A stretch of 64,000 bases of DNA from an uncultured Gammaproteobacteria bacterium (GCA_964344485.1 CAYFNF010000001.1:186115-250114); one strand, 5' to 3'; shown: positions 18,037 to 29,718, counted from the first letter of the stretch. A program made the numbers and translations. Notes: a model not told the origin generated them from the letters alone.

Positions 18037-20181
18037 ATGGCAGAAGATACATTTGAATTAAAAGACGTCCGTAATATCGGAATCATTGCGCATATCGATG
18101 CAGGGAAGACCACTGTAACCGAGCGCGTGCTGTTCTATACCGGAAAGAAGCATAAGATCGGAGAAGTGCATGAAGGTGAAGCAGAGATGGACTGGATGGA
18201 GCAGGAGCAAGAGCGTGGTATTACTATCACCTCTGCTGCAACTACCTGTTTCTGGAACGACAAGAAGATCAACATCATCGACACTCCGGGTCACGTAGAC
18301 TTTACCGCCGAGGTTGAGCGTTCTTTGCGTGTGTTAGACGGTGGAGTTGTGGTATTCGACGGCGTCGCTGGTGTGGAGCCGCAATCTGAGACAGTATGGC
18401 ATCAAGCAGATAAGTATGAGGTGCCACGATTGGGCTTTGTTAATAAAATGGACCGGACTGGCGCTGATTTTTACAGCGACCTAGAATCTATCCGTACACG
18501 ATTAAACAAGCGTGCGTTTCCAATTCAGCTTCCAATTGGTGCAGAAGATAACTTCCAAGGAATCATTGACTTGATCGAGCAGAAAGCTGTTATCTATAAG
18601 GATGACATGGGGCAGGAGTTTGAAGAGACTGATGTGCCAGAGGACATGAAGGAGAAAGTCGAGCAGTATCGTGGTGAGCTGTTAGAGGCCGTTGCTGAGA
18701 ATGATGAAGAGCTTATGGAAGCATATCTTGAAGGCAAAGAGATCACAGTAGAGGATATTAAGAGAGTTCTACGACAAGCAACAGTCTCTAATGATATGAT
18801 TCCAATCCTTTGTGGATCTGCATTAAAGAACAAAGGAGTACAGTATCTGTTGGACGCAATTACTGAGTACTTGCCATCACCGTTAGACCTTCCAGCAACC
18901 CAAGGAACAGATCCGGACGATGAAGAGAAGAAGGTCGAGCGAAAATCCGAGGATTCAGAACCTCTGGCAGCACTTGCATTCAAGGTGGCTGCGGATCCGT
19001 TTGTTGGAAAGTTGATTTTTATTCGTGTCTATTCTGGTGTGTTGAAATCCGGTTCGTATGTATTAAACATGACAAACGGAAAAAAAGAGCGCATCTCTCG
19101 TTTGGTTCGAATGCATGCAAACTCACGCGAAGAGATCCAAGAGATCGGCGCAGGAGATATTGCTGCAGCAGTTGGTTTAAAGGAGACTGTGACAGGAACG
19201 ACACTATGTGATCCAGATGATCCAGTGATTCTTGAGCAGATTACGTTCCCAGAGCCAGTGATCTCGATTGCAGTTGAACCAAAGACTAAAGCAGACCAGG
19301 AGAAGATGGGCCTGGCAATCGCACGATTAGTTGAAGAAGACCCTACCCTTCGTGTGAAGTCAGATGAAGAGATCAACCAGACCATTCTTTCTGGAATGGG
19401 AGAGTTACATCTGGAGATCATTATCGACCGGTTGAAACGAGAGTTCAAAGTAGAGGCAAATATCGGTAAACCACAAGTAGCGTATAAAGAAACCATCCGA
19501 AAGGAAGCAGAGGGTGAAGAGAAATATGTGAAACAGTCTGGTGGACGTGGTCAGTACGGACACTGTCTGTTACGTGTGGAGCCAATGCAAGTAGTCGCCA
19601 GTGATCAAGACGACGAAGAAGAGAAAGAGCCTGAGCACTTCGAGTTTGTCAATAGCATTAAAGGTGGGTCCATTCCGAATGAGTATATCCCTGCAGTAGA
19701 GAAAGGTGTGCGTGAAGCAATGGATCGTGGAATTCTCGCTGGGTATCCGCTGCTCGATATTCGCGTGACGTTGTATGACGGTTCCTATCATGATGTGGAC
19801 TCCTCTGAAGCTGCATTTAAAGTTGCAGGATCTAAAGCGTTCCAGACTGCGGCGCGGAAAGCTGATCCGGTCATTCTGGAGCCAGTTATGAGTGTTGAAG
19901 TAGTCACGCCTGAAGAGTTTATGGGAGACGTGATGGGCGACTTAAACGCTAAGCGCGGCCAGATTCAAGAGATGTCTGATCGTGGTAACATGAAGATCAT
20001 TGAAGCGCTTGTTCCTTTAGCAGAGATGTTTGGGTATGTAACTGCACTGCGTTCCATGACTCAAGGACGTGCAAATTCCTCTATGGAGTTTGAGAAATAT
20101 GATGAAGTTCCGAAAAATGTTGGTGAAAAAATTATCGAAGATAGAGGCGGTACTGCCAAGTCAGACGACGACGAAGAGTAA
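18037..20181 (+). CDS. fusA: Elongation factor G
   Basis: G-domain AHIDAGKTT and DTPGHVDF. Full five-domain length of 714 aa. Confidence 0.95.
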   Translation: MAEDTFELKDVRNIGIIAHIDAGKTTVTERVLFYTGKKHKIGEVHEGEAEMDWMEQEQERGITITSAATTCFWNDKKINIIDTPGHVDFTAEVERSLRVLDGGVVVFDGVAGVEPQSETVWHQADKYEVPRLGFVNKMDRTGADFYSDLESIRTRLNKRAFPIQLPIGAEDNFQGIIDLIEQKAVIYKDDMGQEFEETDVPEDMKEKVEQYRGELLEAVAENDEELMEAYLEGKEITVEDIKRVLRQATVSNDMIPILCGSALKNKGVQYLLDAITEYLPSPLDLPATQGTDPDDEEKKVERKSEDSEPLAALAFKVAADPFVGKLIFIRVYSGVLKSGSYVLNMTNGKKERISRLVRMHANSREEIQEIGAGDIAAAVGLKETVTGTTLCDPDDPVILEQITFPEPVISIAVEPKTKADQEKMGLAIARLVEEDPTLRVKSDEEINQTILSGMGELHLEIIIDRLKREFKVEANIGKPQVAYKETIRKEAEGEEKYVKQSGGRGQYGHCLLRVEPMQVVASDQDDEEEKEPEHFEFVNSIKGGSIPNEYIPAVEKGVREAMDRGILAGYPLLDIRVTLYDGSYHDVDSSEAAFKVAGSKAFQTAARKADPVILEPVMSVEVVTPEEFMGDVMGDLNAKRGQIQEMSDRGNMKIIEALVPLAEMFGYVTALRSMTQGRANSSMEFEKYDEVPKNVGEKIIEDRGGTAKSDDDEE

Positions 20182-20186
20182 AAGTA

Positions 20187-20211
20187 AGACCCGGATCATC
20201 CGGGTCTTTTT
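20187..20211 (+). terminator. Rho-independent terminator after fusA
   Basis: Hairpin agacccgg-atcat-ccgggtct followed by ttttt. Confidence 0.65.
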
Positions 20212-20241
20212 AATACAGGTGGCTAGTGTTATCATAGTACT

Positions 20242-21609
20242 ATGAATAGCGAAACTATTTCCAACCAGTATCAGGAATATGTAAGGAAGATGTTTTCTTC
20301 TGTTTCTTCACAAGAGCAAGCACGTGTACTTGAGCCGTTTGTTTTAACTGGAAACGGAGATTTAGAGTATCCTGTTTTTACTGTACCTACATCTTTACAA
20401 CCAGTGTTCTTTCCAAAGAAACAGATCGACGAGATCGCGCGAAAGACTGAGATATTGGATGAGATGCTTATTGAACTTTTTGATGTTATTCAGAAAGATG
20501 CTGCAGTACGGGCATTTCTGCACGTATCTGATTTTGAGTTGCAATTACTACAACAGCGACCAGAGTGTGAAGCACCGTTACCGTTCTGGAGGATAGACAT
20601 GAATCTTGGGCCCGAAGGTGGTAAGTGCGTTGAATTCAATACTGATGCAGCACGCGGGCGTGGAATTGCAGAACAGTTGGAGTGGGATTTTGCCAACACA
20701 CAGCTATTCCAAGAGTTCATGCAGCAGCATCCGGAGATCACGCCACCAGAGCAGGTGGACCTAATGACGGAGATATATGATCGCGCAGCCGAGCAGTTTG
20801 AGCGGTTCTCTGGATTATCAGCAAATCAGATGAAGGTCGGAGTTCTCTGCTGGGAAGACTACGGCTTTATGATTGAGATAGAACTGTATAGAGACTTCTG
20901 GAGAGAGCGTGGTATTGAAGCAGATATTATCGACCCGCGATCCGTGGAGTACTCCAGCGGCAAGGTTACGGCGAACGGAAAAGAGTATAACTTTTTTTCA
21001 CGCTGGGTGGATTTAGACAAGCTCATAGAGTATCAATGTACACCGATCCTTCAAGCGTATCTTGATGGTGCTATTTCGATATACCCAACCATCGCTTCAG
21101 GAGTTGTTGGCAAGAAAGCAGTGTTTGAGTTGTTCGTTGATCCTGCGTATAAAGCGCTCATCGATCCTGAGAAGTGGGAATACGTTTCATCTCTCATCGC
21201 TTGGACGCGTCGATTGCGCCCTGGTGAAACAGAGCTGCCATCAGGAGAGAAGAGCGATTGTGTTGCATTCACAAAAGCGCATCGCGAAGAGCTAGTAGTT
21301 AAAGCCTCTGTAGGAACTGAGGCAAAAGAGGTGGTGATTGGAGCAGACGTGAGTCAAGCAAAGTGGGAGCAGCAAGTAGACAACGCAGCACAAAAAGGTA
21401 CATGGGTAGTACAAGAATACGTGCAATGGAATAGTCAGGATTTCTTAACGTATGATGGTCAGCAATGTAGCACTGAACAAAGAAACTACGATTGTTTGCC
21501 GTGCTTGACTCACGGAACATACTCGTCCAGTTTTACTCGATCTGCTGTAGGAAATATTCTAAATTTTTCTGCAGGTGCAACTATCGCACCACAATACTAT
21601 ATTCAGTAA
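20242..21609 (+). CDS. ATP-grasp-like amidoligase (possibly circularly permuted ATP-grasp / GSP-synthetase-like family)
   Basis: 455 aa. C-terminal blocks WVVQEYVQ and NILNFSAGAT resemble ATP-grasp Mg/ATP-binding motifs. It sits next to a transglutaminase-like gene, the classic partner. Family assignment is tentative. Confidence 0.4.
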   Translation: MNSETISNQYQEYVRKMFSSVSSQEQARVLEPFVLTGNGDLEYPVFTVPTSLQPVFFPKKQIDEIARKTEILDEMLIELFDVIQKDAAVRAFLHVSDFELQLLQQRPECEAPLPFWRIDMNLGPEGGKCVEFNTDAARGRGIAEQLEWDFANTQLFQEFMQQHPEITPPEQVDLMTEIYDRAAEQFERFSGLSANQMKVGVLCWEDYGFMIEIELYRDFWRERGIEADIIDPRSVEYSSGKVTANGKEYNFFSRWVDLDKLIEYQCTPILQAYLDGAISIYPTIASGVVGKKAVFELFVDPAYKALIDPEKWEYVSSLIAWTRRLRPGETELPSGEKSDCVAFTKAHREELVVKASVGTEAKEVVIGADVSQAKWEQQVDNAAQKGTWVVQEYVQWNSQDFLTYDGQQCSTEQRNYDCLPCLTHGTYSSSFTRSAVGNILNFSAGATIAPQYYIQ

Positions 21610-21611
21610 TA

Positions 21612-24572
21612 CTAATTCGGTCGATTTCTCGGTGGCATGAAGAAGAAGCCGGTGTATCGTGGATTTCGTTTCTCAACTTTTCTTTCTGCTCGGTTATACT
21701 TCCACGCTTTTCTTTGGTAATCAATGCCGTCTCGAATTGGATGAGTAAACATTGCAGCTGCAATTTTGAATTGGGTGAATACTATGTGACGACGTTCACG
21801 TATATGCGGGCTGATTCGAATCATTGCTTGAAGTAGATCATCATCTTTGGATCGCGTATACGCTTCCCAGTAGGCATCCAGAGCTTCATCGTATCGTTCT
21901 TGTTTTTCACGGAGTTCTCCGAGCTTGCTTATCACTGTATATCCTTCTGAGTTGAGCTCTAAGGCGCGCGCCATTCGTGCAACTGCTTCATTGGTTCGTC
22001 CGCAATCCATGAGTGCGATGCTGTGTCGTGCATATATATCTCCACGAGGGTACTGTGAGAGTTCGGGTGCGTCATCAACTGATTCTTCATATATCTCTAT
22101 TGCTCGAGCGTACTCTTGCTCTGCTCCTTCGAATTGTTCCAGATGCATCATTGCTCCGGCGAGGAATTGATGTGCATACTGGTGATCTGGTTGTTGCTTC
22201 AGCACTCGTTCAAACTCTACTGCTGCTTCTTCATACCGTCGTTGATTATATAACCACGTTCCGTAGTGGTGTCGCAGTTCAGCATTATCTGGAGTTAATT
22301 CTAGCGCGCAATCATAATAAAACCGTGCATAATCATGTTCTTGCACTGCGAGCATGTCCGCTATCCTGCTTGCGAGACCAGCATTCTCTCGATCACTTTT
22401 GAACGCTTCCATTAATTCATATATTGCCTCGATTTGATTCGCTTGGTCGCGATTGTCTCTCCGTAATAGGAGATTCGCTAATCCTGTGTGTAGTTCTGGT
22501 GCATTATCTGCTTCTAGCGCTTGTCGAAATTTCGCTTCAGCAACAGCAAGAGAGGCTTGATAGTCTTCTGCACGCTCTAAGCGAGAAAGCGTAAATGCAA
22601 GATGCATTTCGTGGAACGGAGATTCTGGCTCTTCTTCAATAGCTTCTCTATACAACCGTTCTGCTTCTCTATACGCTGCAGCAGCTTCCTCGGTCTGTTT
22701 TGTTTCCCTTAAACATCCACCCAATCTGTTATAGAGAGAAGGATTGCTTGGATCCAACGCAATGGCGTGACGTAGTTCTATAATCGCTTGCTCTGTAGCC
22801 TCGATCCGCTCTAGTGTTGATGCATAGTTCCACCGTAATTCCGCGTTGTCCGGTAGCAGCTCGACAGCTTTTTGCATTGCTATGCATGATTCTTTATTTT
22901 GTCCTTCTTCTTGAAGGAACGTTGAAGTCCATTCTAGTACATCTATCTGTTGGCCAGTTTTGGGATCAAATGCAGTCACATGTGGACGCTCTGTACTGAA
23001 CCATGGAACTCTCTCTTCATACGCATCCTGGCTTAACCTAAACCGAATTGCTTTTCTCTCTGAAGAGTCGCGTGCAATCTCTCCGATCTCTGCAACTGTT
23101 GCATCTTGGACCATGTCATCCGTGAGTTCTCCATTGGTACGAGAGGTGAGCATATCGTGCCAACGCACTTTGCCGTCTGATGTTACTAATAACATGAGCG
23201 CGTGGCCAGGAACGTTTACATGTAAGTGGTCAATACCGATCTCTTCAAGAAACGCACTGCCGAGAATGGATGCGCCTACACAGTTCAACTCTTGTTGCTC
23301 CAGCATGCGCGCAGGATTTGCTGCACGTCGTTGGTATCGGTAAGATCCAACGATTTGTTGAATCCGCTCTGCATACTGTTGTTCTAGCGCAGCTGTTACT
23401 TCATCGTTACCGGCTTCGCGGGCAGCAAGAATACTTGCTCTCATTTGATCAACACCAATGGCTTCGCGTAGCGTGTCGCGTTTTCTATCCAGTTCAATAC
23501 CAAGTGCTTCAAGTCGTTCATCAACAGATTCATACCCCATTCCATTTATTAGCATCTCCACTCCTCTATCAAATAACGCGGTGTGCGCTTCTCGCTCTGG
23601 CATGCGCATAGTGCTTCGAGTGCGGTCATCAACGGTCTGTTGAAGACGGGCAAACGGCCCCCTTCTCTCTGCCCACGGCTCAGCAGCTGTTACTTTACGG
23701 CTCGGCTCCCGATCCATCGCAGCAAACAGTATTCTAATAATACGATCTCGATGTTCGTTTAATTTGTCCTGAGGGATTTCATCATCCGGTCCTAGCTTGA
23801 GACGACGACGCAATTTTCGTAACTGTTTCTGGTAGACTTCTGATCCGAGTAACCATTCGTCGACTTCTTGCTCTTCCTCAGGTGTCAGCTCTTGTTGCGC
23901 GATGGTTCGAAGCCCCTGTTCAAGGGTTTCTTGTTGATCATGGCCAAGCAGATTACTACCGTAGCGATAGAATTCATATGCAAAATCTGTTGCAAGCGGC
24001 ATGTGTTCATCTGTGACATGAAATCGACCTGCCATATAGATACCTGCATTACGGAACATGCGCCCAAGCTCTTGTAGTTGCTCGAACCGTTGTTCCCGTA
24101 AGTCCGGCTCATCTGCGTAGGTATCGTGATCGATTGCTTGGATAATTCGAAGGAGTTCATGCGGTTGGACATCCTTTGGAATAAATAAATTTTGTTCTGG
24201 GGGAGACCGTCGCGATACCTCTTCTACTAGGGGAGTGCCTGGTTCTTCTGGAAGCGGAGCGATATCATCATCTCCTAATGTTGGCGGATCTTCATCAGAT
24301 TCGTCTGCAGGCGTGTCGAACAGCGCTTCTAATGTCGGCCGGTCATCATCCTGTACCTCAACTGGAGAGACGTTTTCTTGTGGCACAGGCTCGAGCAGCG
24401 CATCTAGTCCACCGCGCTCATCCCACTCTTCTCTATCCATGAATTGTGGCCTGATTGAGTCGTTCACTTCGCACCACTTTGTAAAAAAAGACCGAAGAGG
24501 GGCGATATTAGCGAATCTGCGCCCTTCTTGCGCTGCGAGTGGCTCGTGAAATGTTGGTGTATACTCTGACAT
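21612..24572 (-). CDS. Large protein with transglutaminase-like Cys-His-Asp core and C-terminal TPR repeats
   Basis: Putative core NCVGASILGSAFLEEIGIDHLHVNVPGHALMLLVTSDGKVRWHDM. Multiple TPR-like repeats lie in the C-terminal 450 aa. Acidic N-terminal region. Confidence 0.5.
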   Translation of the reverse strand: MSEYTPTFHEPLAAQEGRRFANIAPLRSFFTKWCEVNDSIRPQFMDREEWDERGGLDALLEPVPQENVSPVEVQDDDRPTLEALFDTPADESDEDPPTLGDDDIAPLPEEPGTPLVEEVSRRSPPEQNLFIPKDVQPHELLRIIQAIDHDTYADEPDLREQRFEQLQELGRMFRNAGIYMAGRFHVTDEHMPLATDFAYEFYRYGSNLLGHDQQETLEQGLRTIAQQELTPEEEQEVDEWLLGSEVYQKQLRKLRRRLKLGPDDEIPQDKLNEHRDRIIRILFAAMDREPSRKVTAAEPWAERRGPFARLQQTVDDRTRSTMRMPEREAHTALFDRGVEMLINGMGYESVDERLEALGIELDRKRDTLREAIGVDQMRASILAAREAGNDEVTAALEQQYAERIQQIVGSYRYQRRAANPARMLEQQELNCVGASILGSAFLEEIGIDHLHVNVPGHALMLLVTSDGKVRWHDMLTSRTNGELTDDMVQDATVAEIGEIARDSSERKAIRFRLSQDAYEERVPWFSTERPHVTAFDPKTGQQIDVLEWTSTFLQEEGQNKESCIAMQKAVELLPDNAELRWNYASTLERIEATEQAIIELRHAIALDPSNPSLYNRLGGCLRETKQTEEAAAAYREAERLYREAIEEEPESPFHEMHLAFTLSRLERAEDYQASLAVAEAKFRQALEADNAPELHTGLANLLLRRDNRDQANQIEAIYELMEAFKSDRENAGLASRIADMLAVQEHDYARFYYDCALELTPDNAELRHHYGTWLYNQRRYEEAAVEFERVLKQQPDHQYAHQFLAGAMMHLEQFEGAEQEYARAIEIYEESVDDAPELSQYPRGDIYARHSIALMDCGRTNEAVARMARALELNSEGYTVISKLGELREKQERYDEALDAYWEAYTRSKDDDLLQAMIRISPHIRERRHIVFTQFKIAAAMFTHPIRDGIDYQRKAWKYNRAERKVEKRNPRYTGFFFMPPRNRPN

Positions 24573-24853
24573 TGATATACGAATTACTGTATATTGTACT
24601 GTATTTATTTTAATTTGTCAAGTTATAATAGGGCATAAATAGCCTTTTTTGCTAATATTAGCGCTTCTGTTTTCCACATTCCGTTCACACGCGTAAATAT
24701 TGATCAAAAAAAAGAATTCTTATATAATCATTCAGGTTTGTGTTAGCGCGTTTCTACTTGACAGCTTAATACAAACACACTATCGTTACCTTTGCTTTGC
24801 GAACAAGCAATTCAATTATTTTATCTATTTAATAAAATTATTTACAAGTATTT

Positions 24854-26044
24854 ATGGCAGAAAAGTTCGATCGATCAAAAACGCATGTGAATGTTGGAAC
24901 CATTGGTCACGTTGATCATGGAAAGACAACATTGACAGCTGCTATCTTGGCAGTTTCTGGTGCACAGGGAAAAGCTGCGCAAGATAAGAAATTTGAGGAC
25001 ATTGATAACGCGCCAGAAGAGAAAGAACGCGGAATCACTATTAACACCGCACACGTTGAGTATGAGACTGATACACGTCACTATGCTCACGTTGACTGTC
25101 CAGGGCACGCAGACTACGTAAAGAACATGATTACCGGTGCCGCACAGATGGACGGAGCAATTTTAGTTGTGTCAGCAACTGACGGTCCTATGCCTCAGAC
25201 TCGAGAGCACATCTTACTAGCACGTCAGGTGGGTGTTCCATCAATTGTGGTGTTCTTGAACAAATGTGATCAAGTAGAAGATGAAGAGCTTCTTACACTA
25301 GTAGAAGTTGAGATTCGCGAACTGCTCAGTAAATACGAATTCCCTGGCGATGAGATTCCTATCATTCGCGGTTCCGCACTGAAAGCTGTAGAGAATCCAA
25401 CTGATGAAGAAGCTGCAAAACCTATTGCTGAATTACTGAAAGCAGTTGATGAGTATATCCCAGCACCGGAACGTGATGTAGACAAAGACTACCTCATGCC
25501 TATTGAAGATATCTTCTCTATCGAAGGTCGTGGAACAGTGGTTACTGGTCGTATCGAACGCGGTAAAGTACAAGTGAATGAAGAGATTGAGATCGTTGGA
25601 CTGCGCGACACCACCAAGACAGTGGTAACTGGTGTTGAGATGTTTAACAAACAGCTAGACGAAGGAATGGCAGGAGATAACGCAGGTATTCTTCTTCGCG
25701 GAACCAAGAAAGATGAAGTAGAGCGTGGGCAAGTACTTGCAAAACCAGGAACCATTACTCCGCATACAGAATTCGAAACAGAGGTATACGTTCTATCAAA
25801 AGAAGAAGGCGGACGATCTACACCATTCACTAAAGGATACAAACCACAGTTCTATATGAGAACCACTGATGTTACTGGAGAGGTTGAGCTTCCTGAAGGA
25901 ACTGAGATGGTAATGCCTGGCGACACTGTGAGCTTCAAAGTAAAACTTGGAAAACCTATTGCTATGGAAGAGAAGCAACGATTCGCTATTCGTGAAGGCG
26001 GAAAGACTGTCGCATCAGGAGTTATTACTAAAATTATTGCATAA
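24854..26044 (+). CDS. tuf: Elongation factor Tu
   Basis: [14 protein letters not shown] and DCPGHADY. Full-length EF-Tu. Confidence 0.95.
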   Translation: MAEKFDRSKTHVNVGTIGHVDHGKTTLTAAILAVSGAQGKAAQDKKFEDIDNAPEEKERGITINTAHVEYETDTRHYAHVDCPGHADYVKNMITGAAQMDGAILVVSATDGPMPQTREHILLARQVGVPSIVVFLNKCDQVEDEELLTLVEVEIRELLSKYEFPGDEIPIIRGSALKAVENPTDEEAAKPIAELLKAVDEYIPAPERDVDKDYLMPIEDIFSIEGRGTVVTGRIERGKVQVNEEIEIVGLRDTTKTVVTGVEMFNKQLDEGMAGDNAGILLRGTKKDEVERGQVLAKPGTITPHTEFETEVYVLSKEEGGRSTPFTKGYKPQFYMRTTDVTGEVELPEGTEMVMPGDTVSFKVKLGKPIAMEEKQRFAIREGGKTVASGVITKIIA

Positions 26045-26055
26045 ATAGCTTGAAT

Positions 26056-26090
26056 GCCCGTTTCCCGGTCTCGGGAAGCGGGCTTCTCTA
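26056..26090 (+). terminator. Strong hairpin/terminator between tuf and rpsJ
   Basis: 12-bp stem gcccgtttcccg/cgggaagcgggc with loop gtct, followed by ttctct. Confidence 0.55.
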
Positions 26091-26108
26091 TTCGCTCTTT
26101 ACTAACAC

Positions 26109-26474
26109 ATGCCAACAGCAACCAAGAAAAAAGCATCCAAAGCCACTGATTCTAACGAAGCAGAAATTTCGACAAAGGTTCGTGTAAAGATTCGGGCATA
26201 CGATAATAAGATTATCGATAAGTCGACCAAGACCATTATCGATTCAGCGCTTCGCACTGGAGCAAATATTATCGGCCCTGTTCCTCTACCAACTGAGAAG
26301 AAGAAGTACACCGTCCTGAAGTCCACGTTCGTGCACAAGAACTCTCGTGATCAGTATGAAATGCGGGTGCACAAACGCTTGATTGATATCATTAATCCGT
26401 CTGCAAAGACGATTGATGCATTGTCCAACTTGAACTTGCCTGCTGGCGTAGACATCGAGATCAAGATGATGTAG
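26109..26474 (+). CDS. rpsJ: 30S ribosomal protein S10 (with ~17-aa N-terminal extension)
   Basis: RVKIRAYDNKIIDKS ... S10 core. Confidence 0.9.
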   Translation: MPTATKKKASKATDSNEAEISTKVRVKIRAYDNKIIDKSTKTIIDSALRTGANIIGPVPLPTEKKKYTVLKSTFVHKNSRDQYEMRVHKRLIDIINPSAKTIDALSNLNLPAGVDIEIKMM

Positions 26475-26725
26475 GACGTCTGCGGCAGCGTTCAGTGTAA
26501 ACTGAATGCTACCGTGTACGTTGTACACACAGCGTTTCTCCTAGGTGAAGGGGAATGATCCATATCACAAGATGCTATGGATATCGTTCGTTCGCTATGA
26601 GAAATAGATAGAAGTTTTAACACCTCACATTCACAGCTAATTGACTTGAAAGAGTCGTGGTTCGTCCGAATCAATCTTGTGGTGAGTACGAATGGCGACT
26701 TTTTTGTCGCTTACAAGTCAAATAT

Positions 26726-27346
26726 ATGAAATTTATTGTCGCACGAAAAATTGAAATGAGTCAGGAATACGCTGAAGATGGTACCGTTGCACCGGTGACT
26801 GTTCTTGAAGCTGGTCCAGTAGTGGTGACACAAGTAAAGACTCAAGAGAAAGATGGATACACTGCAGTACAGGTTGGTTTTGGAACGCGAAAGAAAAAGA
26901 ATATTTCAAAATCAGTACAAGGACATGTAAAAGACCTTGGTTCATTTGAGTTGTTACATGAGTTTCGTGTGCCAGAAGATGCGTCATATGAACGAGGGCA
27001 AGAGATTGCAGTAAAAGAGTTCGAAGTTGGAGAAAAAGTTGATGCAACAGGCGTTTCAATCGGAAGAGGATTTGCTGGAGTAGTGAAGCGTCACGGTTTT
27101 CACGGATCACCAGCATCACACGGTCATAAAGATCAGCTGCGTATGCCAGGTTCTATCGGTGCACAAGACCCTCAACATGTATTTAAAGGAACGCGAATGG
27201 GCGGACAGATGGGGTCAGAGAAGGTGATAACAAAGAATCTTGAAGTCATGAGCATTGATGAAAAGAATAACCGCATGTCAGTAAAAGGAGCAGTACCGGG
27301 CAGCAATGGTTCTATTGTATACATTCAATTAGCAAAGAACGCGTAA
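26726..27346 (+). CDS. rplC: 50S ribosomal protein L3
   Basis: MKFIVARKIEMSQEY and GFAGVVKRHGFHG. Start taken at ATG 26726. Confidence 0.9.
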   Translation: MKFIVARKIEMSQEYAEDGTVAPVTVLEAGPVVVTQVKTQEKDGYTAVQVGFGTRKKKNISKSVQGHVKDLGSFELLHEFRVPEDASYERGQEIAVKEFEVGEKVDATGVSIGRGFAGVVKRHGFHGSPASHGHKDQLRMPGSIGAQDPQHVFKGTRMGGQMGSEKVITKNLEVMSIDEKNNRMSVKGAVPGSNGSIVYIQLAKNA

Positions 27347-27350
27347 TTAT

Positions 27351-27980
27351 ATGCCAAAAGTAGCAGTGTACAATTCAAAAGGTGAGTCTGCAGGCGAGAT
27401 GAGCTTGGATGACGCAGTATTTGCTGTTGAAATCGACCCAGCGCTAGTTCAGTTTGTGATGAATGCACAACGAGCAAACGCACATGTTCCATTTGCACAT
27501 ACCAAAGGAAGAAAAGAGATTCGTGGTGGTGGAAGAAAACCATGGAGACAGAAAGGCACTGGTAATGCTCGCCACGGTTCTATCCGATCTCCGTTATGGC
27601 GTGGTGGAGGAGTGACGTTTGGTCCAACCAACGCTCGCAATCAAGCAAAGAAGGTAAACAAGAAGGAACGTCGAGCCGCATTACGTATGGTCCTCTCAGA
27701 CAAAGTTGCAGAGAAAGCGTTTATTGTGGTGGAATCCCTGAAGGATACAGAAGGCAAGACCAAAAACCTCGCAACAGTATTACAGAAGCTACCAGCAAAA
27801 GAGAAATCTACCCTTATTGCTGTAAATGAAAAGGATGCTGCACTTACTCGCGCAGCGCAGAATATTCCCAAAGTGAATACTGTACTCGCTGATTCATTAA
27901 ATGTATTAGATCTATTGCAGTATCAGTATGTGGTGATTGATAAAGCAGGCGTGGAAACGCTTTCATCTCTATTGAAATAA
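27351..27980 (+). CDS. rplD: 50S ribosomal protein L4
   Basis: Conserved L4 sequence. Confidence 0.9.
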   Translation: MPKVAVYNSKGESAGEMSLDDAVFAVEIDPALVQFVMNAQRANAHVPFAHTKGRKEIRGGGRKPWRQKGTGNARHGSIRSPLWRGGGVTFGPTNARNQAKKVNKKERRAALRMVLSDKVAEKAFIVVESLKDTEGKTKNLATVLQKLPAKEKSTLIAVNEKDAALTRAAQNIPKVNTVLADSLNVLDLLQYQYVVIDKAGVETLSSLLK

Positions 27981-27984
27981 CGTT

Positions 27985-28512
27985 ATGAAATTTTTTGACC
28001 GATTCAAGAAAAGCAAGAAGACTCCATTACAAGGTGCTCCAGTAGAGGATCAGGTTGTTGATGAAGAGAAGAAAGAGAAGCCAGAGAAAAGCGATGCTCC
28101 AAAGAAAAAGGATGAAAAGCCTAAGAAAAAGGATGAAAAGAAAGAGAAGAAAGAAAAAGAGCAAGCAGAAAAGAAGAAGAAAGAAGCAAAGGAAGAAAAG
28201 AAGAAGAAAGAGAAGGAACGAGATCTGAAAGATACTAAAGGAGCACATCGCGTATTAATTCAACCGATCATTACCGAGAAAGCGACGATTACAGGCACGT
28301 ATGTATTTCAAGTTGATGCGAATGCAAATAAGAATGAGGTAAAGAAGGCGATACATCGTGTATACGGCATCACACCGCTGCATGTCAGAATCATCAATGT
28401 GAAGGGGAAAGCAGTGCGCTGGAACTATCGAAGCGGCCAGCAGAAGTCATGGAAGAAAGCGATTGTACGGTTACCGAAAGGAGAGACTATTAACGTCTAC
28501 GAAGGAACATAA
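27985..28512 (+). CDS. rplW: 50S ribosomal protein L23 with ~80-aa Lys/Glu-rich N-terminal extension
   Basis: L23 core RVLIQPIITEKAT... is preceded by a KKEKKEK low-complexity region. Confidence 0.85.
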   Translation: MKFFDRFKKSKKTPLQGAPVEDQVVDEEKKEKPEKSDAPKKKDEKPKKKDEKKEKKEKEQAEKKKKEAKEEKKKKEKERDLKDTKGAHRVLIQPIITEKATITGTYVFQVDANANKNEVKKAIHRVYGITPLHVRIINVKGKAVRWNYRSGQQKSWKKAIVRLPKGETINVYEGT

Positions 28513-28514
28513 GT

Positions 28515-29357
28515 ATGGGAGTGAAAGTATATAAACCAACATCAGCAGGACGACGCCTCTCTTCAGGTGACGATTTTTCCGATATTACAAAAAAGGCTCC
28601 TGAGAAAGCACTCACTGCACCACTGAAAAAGAAAGCTGGAAGAAACAATCAAGGTAAGATTACGGTTCGTCATCGTGGTGGTGGGGCAAAACGCCGATAT
28701 CGCGTGGTGGATTTCAAGCAACAGCGCATTGATGATCCAGCAGAGGTGTTAGCAATTGAATATGATCCAAACCGATCAGCTCGCATTGCACTGATTCAGT
28801 ATAGGAACCAGGATAAAGCATATATTCTAGCTGCAGACGGAATGAAAGTTGGTGATACTATTGTGTGTACTGACAACGCAGTTGATTTAAACCCAGGTAA
28901 TCGCATGCCGTTGAAACATATCCCATCAGGAACGCTGGTCCATAATGTAGAGTTAGTACCTGGACGAGGCGGATCTATTGTTCGCTCCGCAGGATCTAGC
29001 GCAACGGTCATGTCAGCTGATGCTGGATTCGTGATCATGAAGCTCGCTTCTGGAGAAGTGCGAAAGATAGACGAGCGTTGCCGAGCATCTATCGGAAAAG
29101 CATCAAACCCAGATTGGGGAAATATCCGATGGGGGAAAGCAGGAAGAATGAGAAACCGTGGCCGACGACCAAGTGTTCGTGGTAAAGCAATGAATCCAGT
29201 AGATCACCCGCACGGTGGCGGTGAAGGCAGCCAGCCAATCGGTATGAAACATCCAAAGACCCCGCAAGGGAAACCTGCGCTTGGTGTGAAGACACGCAAA
29301 AAGAACAAAGAGTCAGATGCATATATAATTAGCGGAAGAAAAAAACGTAAGAAGTAA
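28515..29357 (+). CDS. rplB: 50S ribosomal protein L2
   Basis: Conserved L2 sequence. Confidence 0.95.
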   Translation: MGVKVYKPTSAGRRLSSGDDFSDITKKAPEKALTAPLKKKAGRNNQGKITVRHRGGGAKRRYRVVDFKQQRIDDPAEVLAIEYDPNRSARIALIQYRNQDKAYILAADGMKVGDTIVCTDNAVDLNPGNRMPLKHIPSGTLVHNVELVPGRGGSIVRSAGSSATVMSADAGFVIMKLASGEVRKIDERCRASIGKASNPDWGNIRWGKAGRMRNRGRRPSVRGKAMNPVDHPHGGGEGSQPIGMKHPKTPQGKPALGVKTRKKNKESDAYIISGRKKRKK

Positions 29358-29361
29358 GTAT

Positions 29362-29709
29362 ATGGGAAGAAGTCTAAAAAAAGGACCATTTGTTGATCCA
29401 AAGTTACTAAAGAAAGTTCAAACTGCACAACAGTCCAAGTCCAAGGATCCGATTAAAACGTGGTCACGAGCATCGACGATTGTTCCAGATATGATTGGAT
29501 TATCTTTCTTAGTTCATAACGGCAAGGATTTTATTCAGGTGGACGTTGTAGAGAATATGGTCGGTCATAAGCTTGGAGAATTTGCACCAACACGGAATTT
29601 CAGAGGGCATGGTGGTCGTATGGCGAAAGAGCAAGCAATGGCAGAAGCTTCTGCTGCTAAAGCAGACCTTGCAAAAGCACAAGAATCATTACAAGAGTCA
29701 AAAGAGTAA
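29362..29709 (+). CDS. rpsS: 30S ribosomal protein S19 (C-terminal Ala/Lys-rich extension)
   Basis: S19 core [11 protein letters not shown]... Confidence 0.9.
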   Translation: MGRSLKKGPFVDPKLLKKVQTAQQSKSKDPIKTWSRASTIVPDMIGLSFLVHNGKDFIQVDVVENMVGHKLGEFAPTRNFRGHGGRMAKEQAMAEASAAKADLAKAQESLQESKE

Positions 29710-29718
29710 TTTGTATAT

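Noticed and set aside
24573-24853. ORF 24700..24915 and other short ORFs in the tuf upstream region
   Set aside because: AT-rich promoter region. The ORF overlaps the tuf start and has no SD or conserved features.
28027-28248. Minus-strand ORF inside the rplW Lys-rich extension (and similar 30021..30242, 30866..31183 ORFs in rplV/rpsC tails)
   Set aside because: The reverse complement of an AAG/GAA-rich coding sequence gives Phe/Leu-rich pseudo-ORFs. The r-protein frames are continuous with conserved cores.
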